From contig CBDEGI010000003.1 of assembly GCA_965237575.1 (NCBI GenBank), positions 1,993,952-2,057,951 on the forward strand: a stretch of DNA of 64,000 nt, written 5' to 3'. Origin of the DNA: Bryobacterales bacterium. Its GTDB lineage: Bacteria; Acidobacteriota; Terriglobia; Bryobacterales; UBA6623. The position numbers and the translations under genes are program-made. The notes beneath the pieces were generated by a model that was not told the origin of the DNA, ran no database searches, and worked only from the letters and a program-made list of their open reading frames with translations. Positions within the stretch are counted from its first letter, which is position 1. Every line of letters starts with the position of its first letter. Below, in pieces: positions 55,967 through 64,000 of this stretch.

Positions 55967-58216
55967 CTAGCTCCCGACTTCGAGCGTGACGCGGGCATTG
56001 TAGTCGGGCACGCCTCCCAGAGGGTCCACGCGGCCGTTGGGGATCAAGTCGAGGACTTCCGGCCAATGGCCTTGCAGCGTGCCCGGAGCTACCTCGGCTA
56101 CGAAGGCCCGGCCGCGGAACCGGCCGTGGTCGTTGCGCAGTACCAGGCGGTCGCCGGTCGCGAGCGACAGCCGCTGCGCGTCGGCCGGCGCGATGAAGAT
56201 GTGGTCGCGGTCGGCGCCGGTGATGGGATCGCGTTGCTGCTGAATCATCGAGTTGAACTGCTTGCCCCGCCGCGTGGCCAGCAAGAATGACTGACCGTTC
56301 GCCGGCTCCGCGCCCAGATCGGCGGGCAGCACCGGTTGAAAGCGAGCCTTGCCATCGGGCGTTCCGAACTTGCGGTCGGCACACAGCATCGGTCCGCCCC
56401 ACTGGAACTGATCACCCTGCTTGCTCAGCTTTTCGATCCCGGCGTAGGCGGGGATCACCCGTCCAATCTCCTCGCGGATGGCGGCGGCGTTTTCGAAGTG
56501 AACCTTCTCATAGCCCTCCGGCCTGACCGCCTTGGCGAACTCGAGCAGCATCTCCCATTCCGAGCGCGCATCGCCCACGTCGTGTCCGGGGATGTGGGGC
56601 GAGAAGATGACGCGCCGCTCGGTGGTGGTCTCGGTACCGCCACCCCGCTGTTCGTAGCGGGTACGCGCCGGCAGCAGGTAGACGATATCGGCCGGCTCGA
56701 TCAACATCTGCGACGTGACCACAATATCGCTGTGAATCCGCAGGGAGATGTTCTCAAGCCCCGCGCGAATGCGCTCGGGCTGTGGCATCGTCTCGAGGAA
56801 GTTGCCTCCGATGCAGTAGAGCGCATCCAACTCGCGCCGGTAGGCGGCCTCGAGCGCGTCCACGGTCGACCAGCCCGGCCGCGAGGGAGCGTCGAAGCCC
56901 CAAAGGTCAGTGAACCGGGCCGCGCTTTCTTCGTTGATCGGTACGCCGCCGGGGAAGACTGTGGCATAGGCGCCCATCTCAGCGCCGCCCTGAACGCCGG
57001 AATGGCCGCGAATCGGCATCATGCCGGAACCCGGCCGTCCCACGAACTCGCGCATGAGGCCGAGGTTGATGATGCCCTTGATCGTGTCGGCGCCTTGGGA
57101 GTGCTGCGTGATGCCCATCGACCAGACGAAAACGCCTCGGTCCGCTTCGGCCATTTCCCGCGCGAAGGTCTCGACTTCCTCGGCGGAGAGGCCGCAGGCC
57201 GCCAGCAGGGCGTCCATCGGCTGCGCGTCGAGGCCTGCCTTCAACTCGTCGAAGCCGGTCGAGGCGTTTTCAATGAACTCCTGCTTGACCCAGCCGCGGT
57301 CGATCATCACCTTTTGGACGGCGTTGACGAACGCCATGTCTCCGCCCACCTTGACCAGGAAGGTGCCGTCGCTCATCTTCGTGCCGAACAGCGCCGAATC
57401 GACGTTCGAGGGCACCCAGTAACGCTGCATGCCCGGCTCGCGATAGGCGTTGACCAGCAGCACCCGCGTGCCTCGCTTGCGCGCCTCGGCCAGATACTTC
57501 ATCGAGACCGGCTGGTCGTTGGCCGGGTTCGAACCGAAGAAGACGATCACATCGGCGTCGTACCAATCGCGGTAGGAGCAGGTCGTGGCGGCGGCGCCCA
57601 ACGTCGCCTTCAGGGCGGCGGTACTGGGCGAATGGCAAAGGCGCGCCGAGTTGTCGACGTTCGACGAGCCGAGATAGCGAGCCACCTTCTGCGCTACGTA
57701 GTAGACCTCGTTGGTGATGCCGCGGCTCGTGAGATAGATGTACGTGCGCCAGGGATCGAATTCCCGCCAGCGCTCGCCCACGTCCTGCCACAGCTCGCTC
57801 CAGCCGACGAGCTTGAAGCCCTTCTCCCTTCGGCGGCGGCGCATCGGGTAGCCCAAGCGGCCCAATTCGCGCAGCTCTTTCGAGGTCTTGCCTTCGAGCT
57901 GCGAAACGTCGCTCAACCGCGTCGGATGGAAGGCCGACATGGTGTTGAGCTTCATCAGCTCGAGCCGCACCATGCAGAGGTGGGTCCCGTCGATGGTCCA
58001 GTCTTTCAGGCCGCTGGTTCCGAGAGCGCAGCCGTCACAGACACCCCGCGTGAGGACTTTCCAGGCGTAGCCGAGCTTGCCGCGGTTGTCCCAGACGATC
58101 CGCAGCATGTCGAGGTAGTGGTGGGGCTTGGTTTGACCGATGCCGAACGGCACGGGGCTGTATGCCAGATCACCAAAGGAGCGAGCTTTTCGCGGCATGT
58201 CGGTATCGTATCGCAA
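55967..58216 (-). CDS. FdhF/YdeP-family molybdopterin oxidoreductase
   Basis: 749 aa with the N-terminal Cys cluster GVCDGCALGTSG...THLC, molybdopterin oxidoreductase domains and a C-terminal MopB-CT barrel. Confidence 0.92.
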   Translation of the reverse strand: MRYDTDMPRKARSFGDLAYSPVPFGIGQTKPHHYLDMLRIVWDNRGKLGYAWKVLTRGVCDGCALGTSGLKDWTIDGTHLCMVRLELMKLNTMSAFHPTRLSDVSQLEGKTSKELRELGRLGYPMRRRRREKGFKLVGWSELWQDVGERWREFDPWRTYIYLTSRGITNEVYYVAQKVARYLGSSNVDNSARLCHSPSTAALKATLGAAATTCSYRDWYDADVIVFFGSNPANDQPVSMKYLAEARKRGTRVLLVNAYREPGMQRYWVPSNVDSALFGTKMSDGTFLVKVGGDMAFVNAVQKVMIDRGWVKQEFIENASTGFDELKAGLDAQPMDALLAACGLSAEEVETFAREMAEADRGVFVWSMGITQHSQGADTIKGIINLGLMREFVGRPGSGMMPIRGHSGVQGGAEMGAYATVFPGGVPINEESAARFTDLWGFDAPSRPGWSTVDALEAAYRRELDALYCIGGNFLETMPQPERIRAGLENISLRIHSDIVVTSQMLIEPADIVYLLPARTRYEQRGGGTETTTERRVIFSPHIPGHDVGDARSEWEMLLEFAKAVRPEGYEKVHFENAAAIREEIGRVIPAYAGIEKLSKQGDQFQWGGPMLCADRKFGTPDGKARFQPVLPADLGAEPANGQSFLLATRRGKQFNSMIQQQRDPITGADRDHIFIAPADAQRLSLATGDRLVLRNDHGRFRGRAFVAEVAPGTLQGHWPEVLDLIPNGRVDPLGGVPDYNARVTLEVGS

Positions 58217-58310
58217 GGGGACCGGTCAAGGGAGGTGTAAGCCGTGCCTGGCCGGCGCCCTACATTACGCGACGGACAGGCACGTCAAGCGCCCGTTTGC
58301 GCGGGCAAGG

Positions 58311-59381
58311 CTAGTCGTAGTTCACGATCAAGACCCACGCGGGTCCATCGCCGACCGGATAGGTCGCCAAGCGACGGAGTTGCCCGTCCTCATCAAGCCG
58401 ATAGGTGGCCAGGCGGCCTGACGCCTGTCCGGCGGCAACGACATAGCGTCCCGACGGATCGATGTTGAACGAACGCGGCGTCTGCTCGGTCGGGAATCGG
58501 CCGATCGGCGTCAGTGTTCCCTCGGCAGCATCAACACGAAACCCAGCCAACGAATCGTGGCCGCGATTCGAGACATAGACGAACCGGCCGTCCGGAGTCA
58601 CTTCGACATCGGCGCAGCTATTGCGTTTCTCAAACCCCTCCGGCAGCGTGGAGAGCGTTTGCAGCGGATCGAGCGTTCCACTCGCGCGGTCGAAGCGATA
58701 CGCCGTCACGCTGCTGCCTTGCTCGTTGGCCACGTAGGCGAAAGGTGCCGTCGGATGAAAGAAGATGTGGCGGGGCCCCGTGTCCGGCGGCGTTTGGACC
58801 TTCGGCGGAGTGTTCGCGACCAATTGGCCCGCGTCAGCGTCGAGCCGGAACTGAAAGACAGCGTTCGGGGCGGTGTGAGGCACGAAGACAAACTTCTCCG
58901 AAGGGTCCGGCCGAATACAATGGGCCCGAGGTGCGGTGTCGATCGTTTGCAAGGGCGCCGCCGAGAGAGCACCATCGTCCCCGATCGAATGGACCATCAC
59001 CTTGCCGGCCCGATAGTAGGCCGACAGCAAGTAGCGCCCGCCCGCCGCCGTAATCACATAGGGTGAGGATTCGCCAACCGTGGTCTCGTGTGCCACCGTC
59101 AACTCGCCTGTCCGCGGGTTAGCGCGCAAGGCTGCCAGCTTGCCCGTCGATCGCAAGGCGACGTAGAGACGCCGGCCCGATGGATCGAGCGCAATCGATC
59201 CCGGTGACCCATCGACGGCCAGCGATCCGGCAGCCTCGAGCGAACCGTTACTCTGATTCAGCCGAAACACGGCGATGCGGTTCTCCCCGCTCACCGAGAC
59301 GTAGACAAACGCCCCGGCCCAGACCGGCACTGAAGGCAGCAGTAGCAGGACGAGCAGGAGCGCGAGACACGATCGGCGCAT
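58311..59381 (-). CDS. Seven-bladed beta-propeller lactonase (6-phosphogluconolactonase-like), exported
   Basis: The repeating blade pattern (P.G..LYV.N..S..V..F) is typical of the family. A signal peptide follows the ATG at 59381; the track start is 59447. Confidence 0.82.
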   Translation of the reverse strand: MRRSCLALLLVLLLLPSVPVWAGAFVYVSVSGENRIAVFRLNQSNGSLEAAGSLAVDGSPGSIALDPSGRRLYVALRSTGKLAALRANPRTGELTVAHETTVGESSPYVITAAGGRYLLSAYYRAGKVMVHSIGDDGALSAAPLQTIDTAPRAHCIRPDPSEKFVFVPHTAPNAVFQFRLDADAGQLVANTPPKVQTPPDTGPRHIFFHPTAPFAYVANEQGSSVTAYRFDRASGTLDPLQTLSTLPEGFEKRNSCADVEVTPDGRFVYVSNRGHDSLAGFRVDAAEGTLTPIGRFPTEQTPRSFNIDPSGRYVVAAGQASGRLATYRLDEDGQLRRLATYPVGDGPAWVLIVNYD

Positions 59382-59686
59382 GGCCTGCCATTCTAGCATT
59401 CGTGGGCGCGTCCCCTTACAACGAAACGACCACGTCTGGCGCGGCACGTCGGCCTATCGCCGCAGAGCGGCACGACAGAGCACGACACCGACAAAATCAC
59501 CGCAATGAACCGACTCCACGATGGAGCAAAACATTGGGAATAACGTTCTTCCCACACAAGAAACCTGCCACAGACCGGGCCGGACCGTAGAGGGAAGACC
59601 TGATTCTCGTAGTACGAAGGTGACCGTCGAGAATGTGACCAATGAGCCATAGACGGACGCCTCCAATCGGAGCATGCTTGCACTAG

Positions 59687-59905
59687 ATGTTAGGCTTTGC
59701 TCGACTGCCGCCTCCGAAGTGCCTGACTGCCAACGAGCGCCGACTCGTTTCGTTGGTGGGACGGGGCTTCAAGGATCGCGACTTGGCGGCGAGGCTTTCC
59801 ATACCGACGGATCGTGTCGCTGTTGAAATCCGGGGCGTGAACTCCAAGCTGGGACTCAGGAACCTCCACGCCCTGGCGATCTACGCAAAACACTCCGACC
59901 TGTAG
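59687..59905 (+). CDS. Solo LuxR/GerE-type helix-turn-helix protein (72 aa, no receiver or ligand domain)
   Basis: LTANERRLVSLVGRGFKDRDLAARLSIPTDRVAVEIRGVNSKLGL matches the GerE/LuxR C-terminal HTH pattern (LT.RE..VL.L...G....EIA..L.IS..TV..H...I..KL). Confidence 0.68.
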   Translation: MLGFARLPPPKCLTANERRLVSLVGRGFKDRDLAARLSIPTDRVAVEIRGVNSKLGLRNLHALAIYAKHSDL

Positions 59906-59915
59906 GGGGCAGATC

Positions 59916-60218
59916 GTGAAATACGCAGTTAGTACCGCATCCGGAAGCAAACCAACGATAGACCGTGGTCTACGGCGTCTCGCGGCCGCGGTTCTCGTGC
60001 AGGCCGTCGAGGACTTTTGCTACGGGACTCCTCGCGCTTACCGCGAGACAGCCGCCTGGGTCACCGAAGGAACCACGGGCGCGCTCACTTTCGACATGTG
60101 CTGCCGGTGTCTGGATCGAGATCCCGCTACGATCCGACGGCGACTCTTGGCCAAGCGCGAGTTGTCGACCGCACGCCTGCTCAGTTGGGAGGTCTCGCAG
60201 GAAACATTCGTTACCTGA
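59916..60218 (+). CDS. Hypothetical small protein (100 aa), phage/plasmid-like
   Basis: GTG start 10 nt after the LuxR stop. The pattern AAAVLVQAVEDF...A.WV.....LTFDMCC..LD.DP..IRRRL resembles small conserved proteins of mobile elements, recognised from memory only. Confidence 0.4.
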   Translation: MKYAVSTASGSKPTIDRGLRRLAAAVLVQAVEDFCYGTPRAYRETAAWVTEGTTGALTFDMCCRCLDRDPATIRRRLLAKRELSTARLLSWEVSQETFVT

Positions 60219-60267
60219 AGATGGGAGCACTTACGCGACTGGGCCGTCGCCAAGCGATCAACAGATT

Positions 60268-60344
60268 TGGTCGGGCCGCCGAGATTTGAACTCGGGACCT
60301 CTTCCACCCCAAGGAAGCGCGCTACCAGGCTGCGCTACGGCCCG
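60268..60344 (-). tRNA. tRNA-Pro (anticodon GGG)
   Basis: The reverse complement CGGGCCGTAGCGCAGCCTGGTAGCGCGCTTCCTTGGGGTGGAAGAGGTCCCGAGTTCAAATCTCGGCGGCCCGACCA folds as a 77-nt cloverleaf. It has a 7-bp acceptor, D stem GCGC/GCGC, anticodon stem CTTCC/GGAAG with loop TTGGGGT, T arm CCGAG-TTCAAAT-CTCGG and an encoded CCA. Confidence 0.93.
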
Positions 60345-60453
60345 ACCGAAGACGAACTCGCGTTCCAGCGGAACTGGGTTCGCAGGGAAGTTACTCCATT
60401 GTATCTTGACCGGGCCGGGTGCCGAGGCAATCGCGGCCGATCGACCGCTCGTA

Positions 60454-60477
60454 GGGGCGGAGCGCTGTCTCCGCCCC
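60454..60477 (-). terminator. Perfect 9-bp stem hairpin downstream of the carboxyltransferase gene (no U-tract)
   Basis: ggggcggag-cgctgt-ctccgcccc, 44 nt beyond the stop at 60521 and upstream of the tRNA-Pro gene. Confidence 0.35.
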
Positions 60478-60520
60478 AGCTCTTACCACTACCGGTATCC
60501 CTCTGTGTCGCAGGCTGTGT

Positions 60521-62074
60521 TTATAGCGGGATGTTGCCGTGCTTCTTCCGCGGCATAGAGTCGGTTTTGTTCTCGAGCATCCGCAGCGCCGCGATCAGCT
60601 TGCGGCGCGTGTCGCGCGGATGGATCACTTCGTCGACCCAACCTTTCTCGGCCGCCGTGTACGGGTTGGCGAAGCGGGTGCGGAACTCGTCCACTTTCTG
60701 CTTGCGAAAGTCCTCGGCCTGGTCTTTGGCCGCCGCCAGCTCGCGGCGATACAGAATGTTGACCGCGCCCTCGGGGCCCATCACGGCGATCTCGGCGGTC
60801 GGGTAGGCGTAGTTGATGTCGGTGCGCAGGTGCTTCGAGCCCATCACGCAGTACGCCCCGCCGTAGGCCTTCCGCGTGATAACGGTGACCTTCGGCACCG
60901 TCGCCTCGGCGTACGCATAGAGCAGCTTAGCGCCGTGCTTGATGATGCCGCCGTACTCTTGCTCGGTACCGGGCAGGAATCCCGGCACGTCTTCGAAGGT
61001 CACGATCGGGATGCCGAAGGCGTCGCAGAAGCGCACGAAGCGGGCGCCTTTCACCGACGCATTGATGTCAAGACACCCGGCCAGTACGTCGGGCTGATTG
61101 GCGACGATGCCCACCGAACGCCCGTCGAACCTAGCGAAGCCCACGACGATGTTCTTGGCAAAGTGTTCGTGCACCTCGAACCAGTAGCCATCATCGACGG
61201 TCAGCCGGATGACCTGTTTGATGTCATAAGGAACATTCGACTCGGCGGGCACGATCGTGTCGAGTTCCGGCTCGACCCGATCCGCGGGGTCTTTAGTCGG
61301 TTCGATCGGCCCATTGTCGAGGTGATTCGGCGGCAGGAATCCGAGTAGCTCGCGGATCATCCGCAGGCACTCGGCGTCGTCGGGCGCGATGAACTGCGCC
61401 ACGCCGCTGACCTCGTTGTGCGTGTGTGCGCCGCCAAGCTGCTCTTTGGTAACGTCTTCGTGCGTGACGGTCTTGATCACATCCGGACCGGTGACGAACA
61501 TGTAGCTTGTGCTATCGACCATGAACACGAAGTCGGTGATCGCGGGCGAGTAGACCGCGCCGCCGGCGCAGGGGCCCATGATGGCCGAGATCTGCGGCAC
61601 GACGCCGCTCGCCAGCGTGTTGCGCAGGAAGATGTCGGCGTATCCGGCCAGCGACGCAACGCCCTCCTGAATGCGCGCGCCGCCAGAGTCGTTGAGGCCG
61701 ATGATCGGGGCGCCGGTCTTCATGGCAAGGTCCATCACCTTGCAAATCTTGGCTGCGTTTTCCAGCGACAGTGACCCGCCAAACACCGTGAAGTCGTGCG
61801 AGAACACGTAGACCAACTGGCCGTCGATGCGCCCGTAGCCGGTGACGAACCCGTCGCCCGGGATGACCTTGTCGTCCATCCCGAAGTCGTGGCAGGAGTG
61901 AACGACAAGCCGGTCTAACTCCTCGAAGGTGCCCTCGTCGAGCAGGAACTCGACACGCTCACGGGCCGACATTTTGCCGTCCCGATGCTGGCGCTCGGTA
62001 CGCTCGGGTCCGCCGCCGGCGCGCGCGGCTTCGTTTCGCCGTTCGAGTTCTGTGAGCTTTTCGTCCAGAGTCAT
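60521..62074 (-). CDS. Acyl-CoA carboxylase carboxyltransferase (beta) subunit, propionyl-/methylmalonyl-CoA type
   Basis: 517 aa with the typical N-terminus L..L..R...A..GGG......QH..GK..ARER and tandem crotonase-like CT domains. Confidence 0.95.
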   Translation of the reverse strand: MTLDEKLTELERRNEAARAGGGPERTERQHRDGKMSARERVEFLLDEGTFEELDRLVVHSCHDFGMDDKVIPGDGFVTGYGRIDGQLVYVFSHDFTVFGGSLSLENAAKICKVMDLAMKTGAPIIGLNDSGGARIQEGVASLAGYADIFLRNTLASGVVPQISAIMGPCAGGAVYSPAITDFVFMVDSTSYMFVTGPDVIKTVTHEDVTKEQLGGAHTHNEVSGVAQFIAPDDAECLRMIRELLGFLPPNHLDNGPIEPTKDPADRVEPELDTIVPAESNVPYDIKQVIRLTVDDGYWFEVHEHFAKNIVVGFARFDGRSVGIVANQPDVLAGCLDINASVKGARFVRFCDAFGIPIVTFEDVPGFLPGTEQEYGGIIKHGAKLLYAYAEATVPKVTVITRKAYGGAYCVMGSKHLRTDINYAYPTAEIAVMGPEGAVNILYRRELAAAKDQAEDFRKQKVDEFRTRFANPYTAAEKGWVDEVIHPRDTRRKLIAALRMLENKTDSMPRKKHGNIPL

Positions 62075-62471
62075 GGGTGATCTCTATGATGAACCCCGCG
62101 ACGAGAAGAGACAAGCGGCCGTGGCGTACCAGCCCGTAGTGAGGTGCCTTGTCGAGATCGTTCGACACCTCAACGCGTTGTGGCAGGCCGAGCAGGCGGG
62201 CGCCCCTAGTGTGCCCAACATGGGCTGTTTACTTGTGAATTGCAACGTACTCACCGGAACCGATGGAGCTAACCGTAGGGAACCGCACGGTGGATCTCAT
62301 ACGAAACACAGTATTAAGTCCCCATCCGCCTAGGCGATGCAGGACTAAGGTCCCAGGGGGCCTCAGACAAGCGGGGGAGGGCAGCCGCCGTCTGCGCTAC
62401 AATGCACGCCGGGTTCGGCGCCCGGTTCGCACGGCGCTGCTCTTCCCGGAGTTTTCCCGGAGGTACACGAT

Positions 62472-63623
62472 ATGAAAATGATCCCTGGGCTACTGTTGGT
62501 CTTGACCTTGGCGTGGCCCGCATCCCCACAGACCGACACGTTGGACCCGGTCGAGCAGCTACTCGCGGAACTCACCAGCGCGCACGGCCCCAGTGGTTTC
62601 GAAGGGCCGGTGCGCAAGATCGTTCGCCGGGAGTTCGAGCCGCTGGCCGACCATCTGCAAACGGACGGGCTGGGGTCGCTGATCGCGCGGCTTGATGGCG
62701 AAGCCGACGGCCCTCGGGTCATGATGGCCGCGCACATGGATGAGGTCGGCATGATCGTGCGGCGAATCCGGCCCGATGGGTACCTGACCTTCCAGACGGT
62801 CGGCGGCTGGCTCGACCAGGCGCTGATCAACCAGCGCTACGTGATCTTGACTCGCAAGGGGCCCGTGCGCGGTATTACCGGACTCAAGACGCCTCACGTG
62901 ACTCCCAGCGACGAGCGGCCCCATCTCCACGACCGCGACCGCATCTTCATCGACGTGGGCGCTGTCGACAAAAACGACGCCGAGCAGCGGCTGGGCATCC
63001 GCCCGGGCGACCCCGTCGCACCGGACAGCCAGTTCATGAAGCTCAACGACCCGAAGCTCTACGTGGGCAAGGCCTGGGACGATCGCATTGGCCTAGCCGT
63101 CGAGATCGAAGTCCTCAAGCGCCTCAAGCGGCGCCGTCCGCCGAATACCGTTTTTGCCGTCGCGACCGTGCAAGAGGAGATCGGGCTGCGCGGCGCCCAT
63201 ACGAGCAGCCACATCGTCAAACCCGACATCGGCCTGAGCATCGAGGTCGGTGTGGCGGCCGACTACCCCGGCATCAGCCTCGACCAGGCCCAGGAGCGGT
63301 TGCGGGCCGGTCCGGGCATCTTTCTGCATGACAGCTCCATGCTGCCCAACCTCAAGCTGCGCGACTTCGTCGCCGATGTAGCCAACGACATAGGCATACC
63401 CCTACAGTTCGAGGTTCTCTCGGGCTACGGGGAGGACGGCGCCGAGATGCAGCGCGTCTACGGAGGCGCCCCGTCGATCAACATCACCGTGCCGACGCGC
63501 TATCTGCATAACCATAATGGCGTACTCCACCGTGACGATTTCGACCGCGCGGTCGAGTTGGTCACCGAAGTGATCCGGCGACTGGACCGAGCGACGGTGG
63601 AGCGGCTTAAGAGCTTCGATTAA
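62472..63623 (+). CDS. M42-family (TET/FrvX-like) metallopeptidase with N-terminal signal-like extension
   Basis: Motifs LTSAHGPSGFEGPVR, MMAAHMDEVG, WDDRIG and QEEIGLRGA. It is preceded by a 20-25 aa hydrophobic leader, MKMIPGLLLVLTLAWPASPQ. Confidence 0.88.
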   Translation: MKMIPGLLLVLTLAWPASPQTDTLDPVEQLLAELTSAHGPSGFEGPVRKIVRREFEPLADHLQTDGLGSLIARLDGEADGPRVMMAAHMDEVGMIVRRIRPDGYLTFQTVGGWLDQALINQRYVILTRKGPVRGITGLKTPHVTPSDERPHLHDRDRIFIDVGAVDKNDAEQRLGIRPGDPVAPDSQFMKLNDPKLYVGKAWDDRIGLAVEIEVLKRLKRRRPPNTVFAVATVQEEIGLRGAHTSSHIVKPDIGLSIEVGVAADYPGISLDQAQERLRAGPGIFLHDSSMLPNLKLRDFVADVANDIGIPLQFEVLSGYGEDGAEMQRVYGGAPSINITVPTRYLHNHNGVLHRDDFDRAVELVTEVIRRLDRATVERLKSFD

Positions 63624-63647
63624 GGGGAACTTCGGAGGAGACCGATC

Positions 63648-64000
63648 GTGTCTGCGCAACACCCGCAACCCACGCCCGCCGAGATGCTGATGCAGTTGGG
63701 CTTCGCTCACACCGGCACGCGTGTGCTGATGACCTCGCTCGAGTTAGACGTCTATTCGCCCCTGGCGGACGGGCCCCGCACGGCGGCTGCCGTAGCCAGC
63801 GCCGTCGGAGCCAGTGAGCGCGGCGTCCGTATGATCTTGGACGTCTTGGCCACCTTCCAACTGTTGAGCAAGACCGGCGACCGCTATGAACTCACGCCGC
63901 CCGCGCGTGAGCTGCTACTTCCTTCGAGCCCCGACTTCATGGGGCAAACGCTCGGAAGCGCGCAAGCGGCTGCGAGCTGGGACCGGTTGACCGAGGTGGT
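63648..64000 (+). CDS. O-methyltransferase, N-terminal dimerisation/winged-helix domain (3' end outside window)
   Basis: My own translation from the GTG at 63648 (GGAGGAG 7 nt upstream) is VSAQHPQPTPAEMLMQLGFAHTGTRVLMTSLELDVYSPLADGPRTAAAVASAVGASERGVRMILDVLATFQLLSKTGDRYELTPPAREL... This is the typical dimerisation2-domain pattern. The frame is open to the window end. Confidence 0.72.
   Translation, partial: MSAQHPQPTPAEMLMQLGFAHTGTRVLMTSLELDVYSPLADGPRTAAAVASAVGASERGVRMILDVLATFQLLSKTGDRYELTPPARELLLPSSPDFMGQTLGSAQAAASWDRLTEV

Noticed and set aside
56336-58240. 634-aa ORF antisense to the YdeP/FdhF gene, plus similar long shadows at 13359-15113, 41883-43217, 31215-32393, 53303-54418, 23620-24675, 45031-46107, 21443-22309, 22011-22838, 37061-37984 and 9785-10771
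   Set aside because: Each is nested opposite a gene with clear family motifs. They are compositionally biased (Arg/Gly/Ala/Pro), have no motifs, and no start or RBS support.
59393-59683. 73-aa and 96-aa minus-strand ORFs in the AT-richer spacer upstream of the lactonase gene
   Set aside because: The two frames overlap each other and are Cys/Arg/Ser-rich with atypical codon usage. They have no RBS and cover a region better explained as a divergent promoter containing the 20-bp dyad.
60345-60420. Promoter for tRNA-Pro (TACAAT on the minus strand at about 60383-60388)
   Set aside because: A reasonable -10 exists but there is no acceptable -35 at 16-19 nt spacing (TTGCCT is 21 nt away). That is too weak to report as a feature.
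62075-62471. 400-bp divergent spacer inspected for an ncRNA (SRP RNA, RNase P, tmRNA, 6S)
   Set aside because: I could not recognise conserved cores such as GGAAAGUCCGG for RNase P, the SRP GGAA/AGCA motif context, or a tRNA-like tmRNA end. It is probably just two promoters and leaders, and only an Rfam scan could say more.

Overview
This is a high-GC, densely coding bacterial chromosomal segment with about 55 credible protein genes and one tRNA. It has no rRNA, no CRISPR array, no intact prophage and no recognisable multi-gene defence system. The gene content suggests a soil heterotroph with many exported hydrolases and oxidoreductases, possibly Acidobacteriota-like; that guess is inference only and cannot be checked here. 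Backbone genes are a cysQ fragment, pntAA-pntAB-pntB, metH, prolyl oligopeptidase, Lhr helicase, a class I aminotransferase, msrB, archease-rtcB, ppk2, lpxD, a polyphosphate glucokinase, a YdeP/FdhF-type molybdoenzyme, acyl-CoA carboxylase beta, and several Gfo/Idh/MocA, Amidohydro_2, peptidase and BNR/FG-GAP proteins. I did not find a convincing new multi-gene system. The notable signals are small-scale. (1) Two genes carry very recent lesions: a perfect 43-bp tandem duplication in an M28 peptidase and a G8 homopolymer frameshift in a BNR-repeat protein. (2) There are two decayed IS fragments, one of which abuts the Lhr start codon. (3) A small cluster of toxin-antitoxin remnants pairs intact antitoxin-like genes with truncated toxins. 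(4) A 39-bp REP-like stem-loop repeat occurs at least three times in intergenic DNA. (5) An AT-richer islet beside tRNA-Pro(GGG) carries a solo LuxR-type HTH, a phage-like small ORF and a 20-bp palindrome. (6) Several architectures or contexts are unusual: a heme-c + PHM-like copper monooxygenase + TPR fusion, lpxD translationally coupled to a MobB-like P-loop protein, and lipoprotein or signal sequences on MsrB and an M42 peptidase. Many long ORFs in the six-frame track are antisense shadows of real genes, as expected at this GC content, and I rejected them. All functional calls rest on motif and family recognition by eye; no database search was run.
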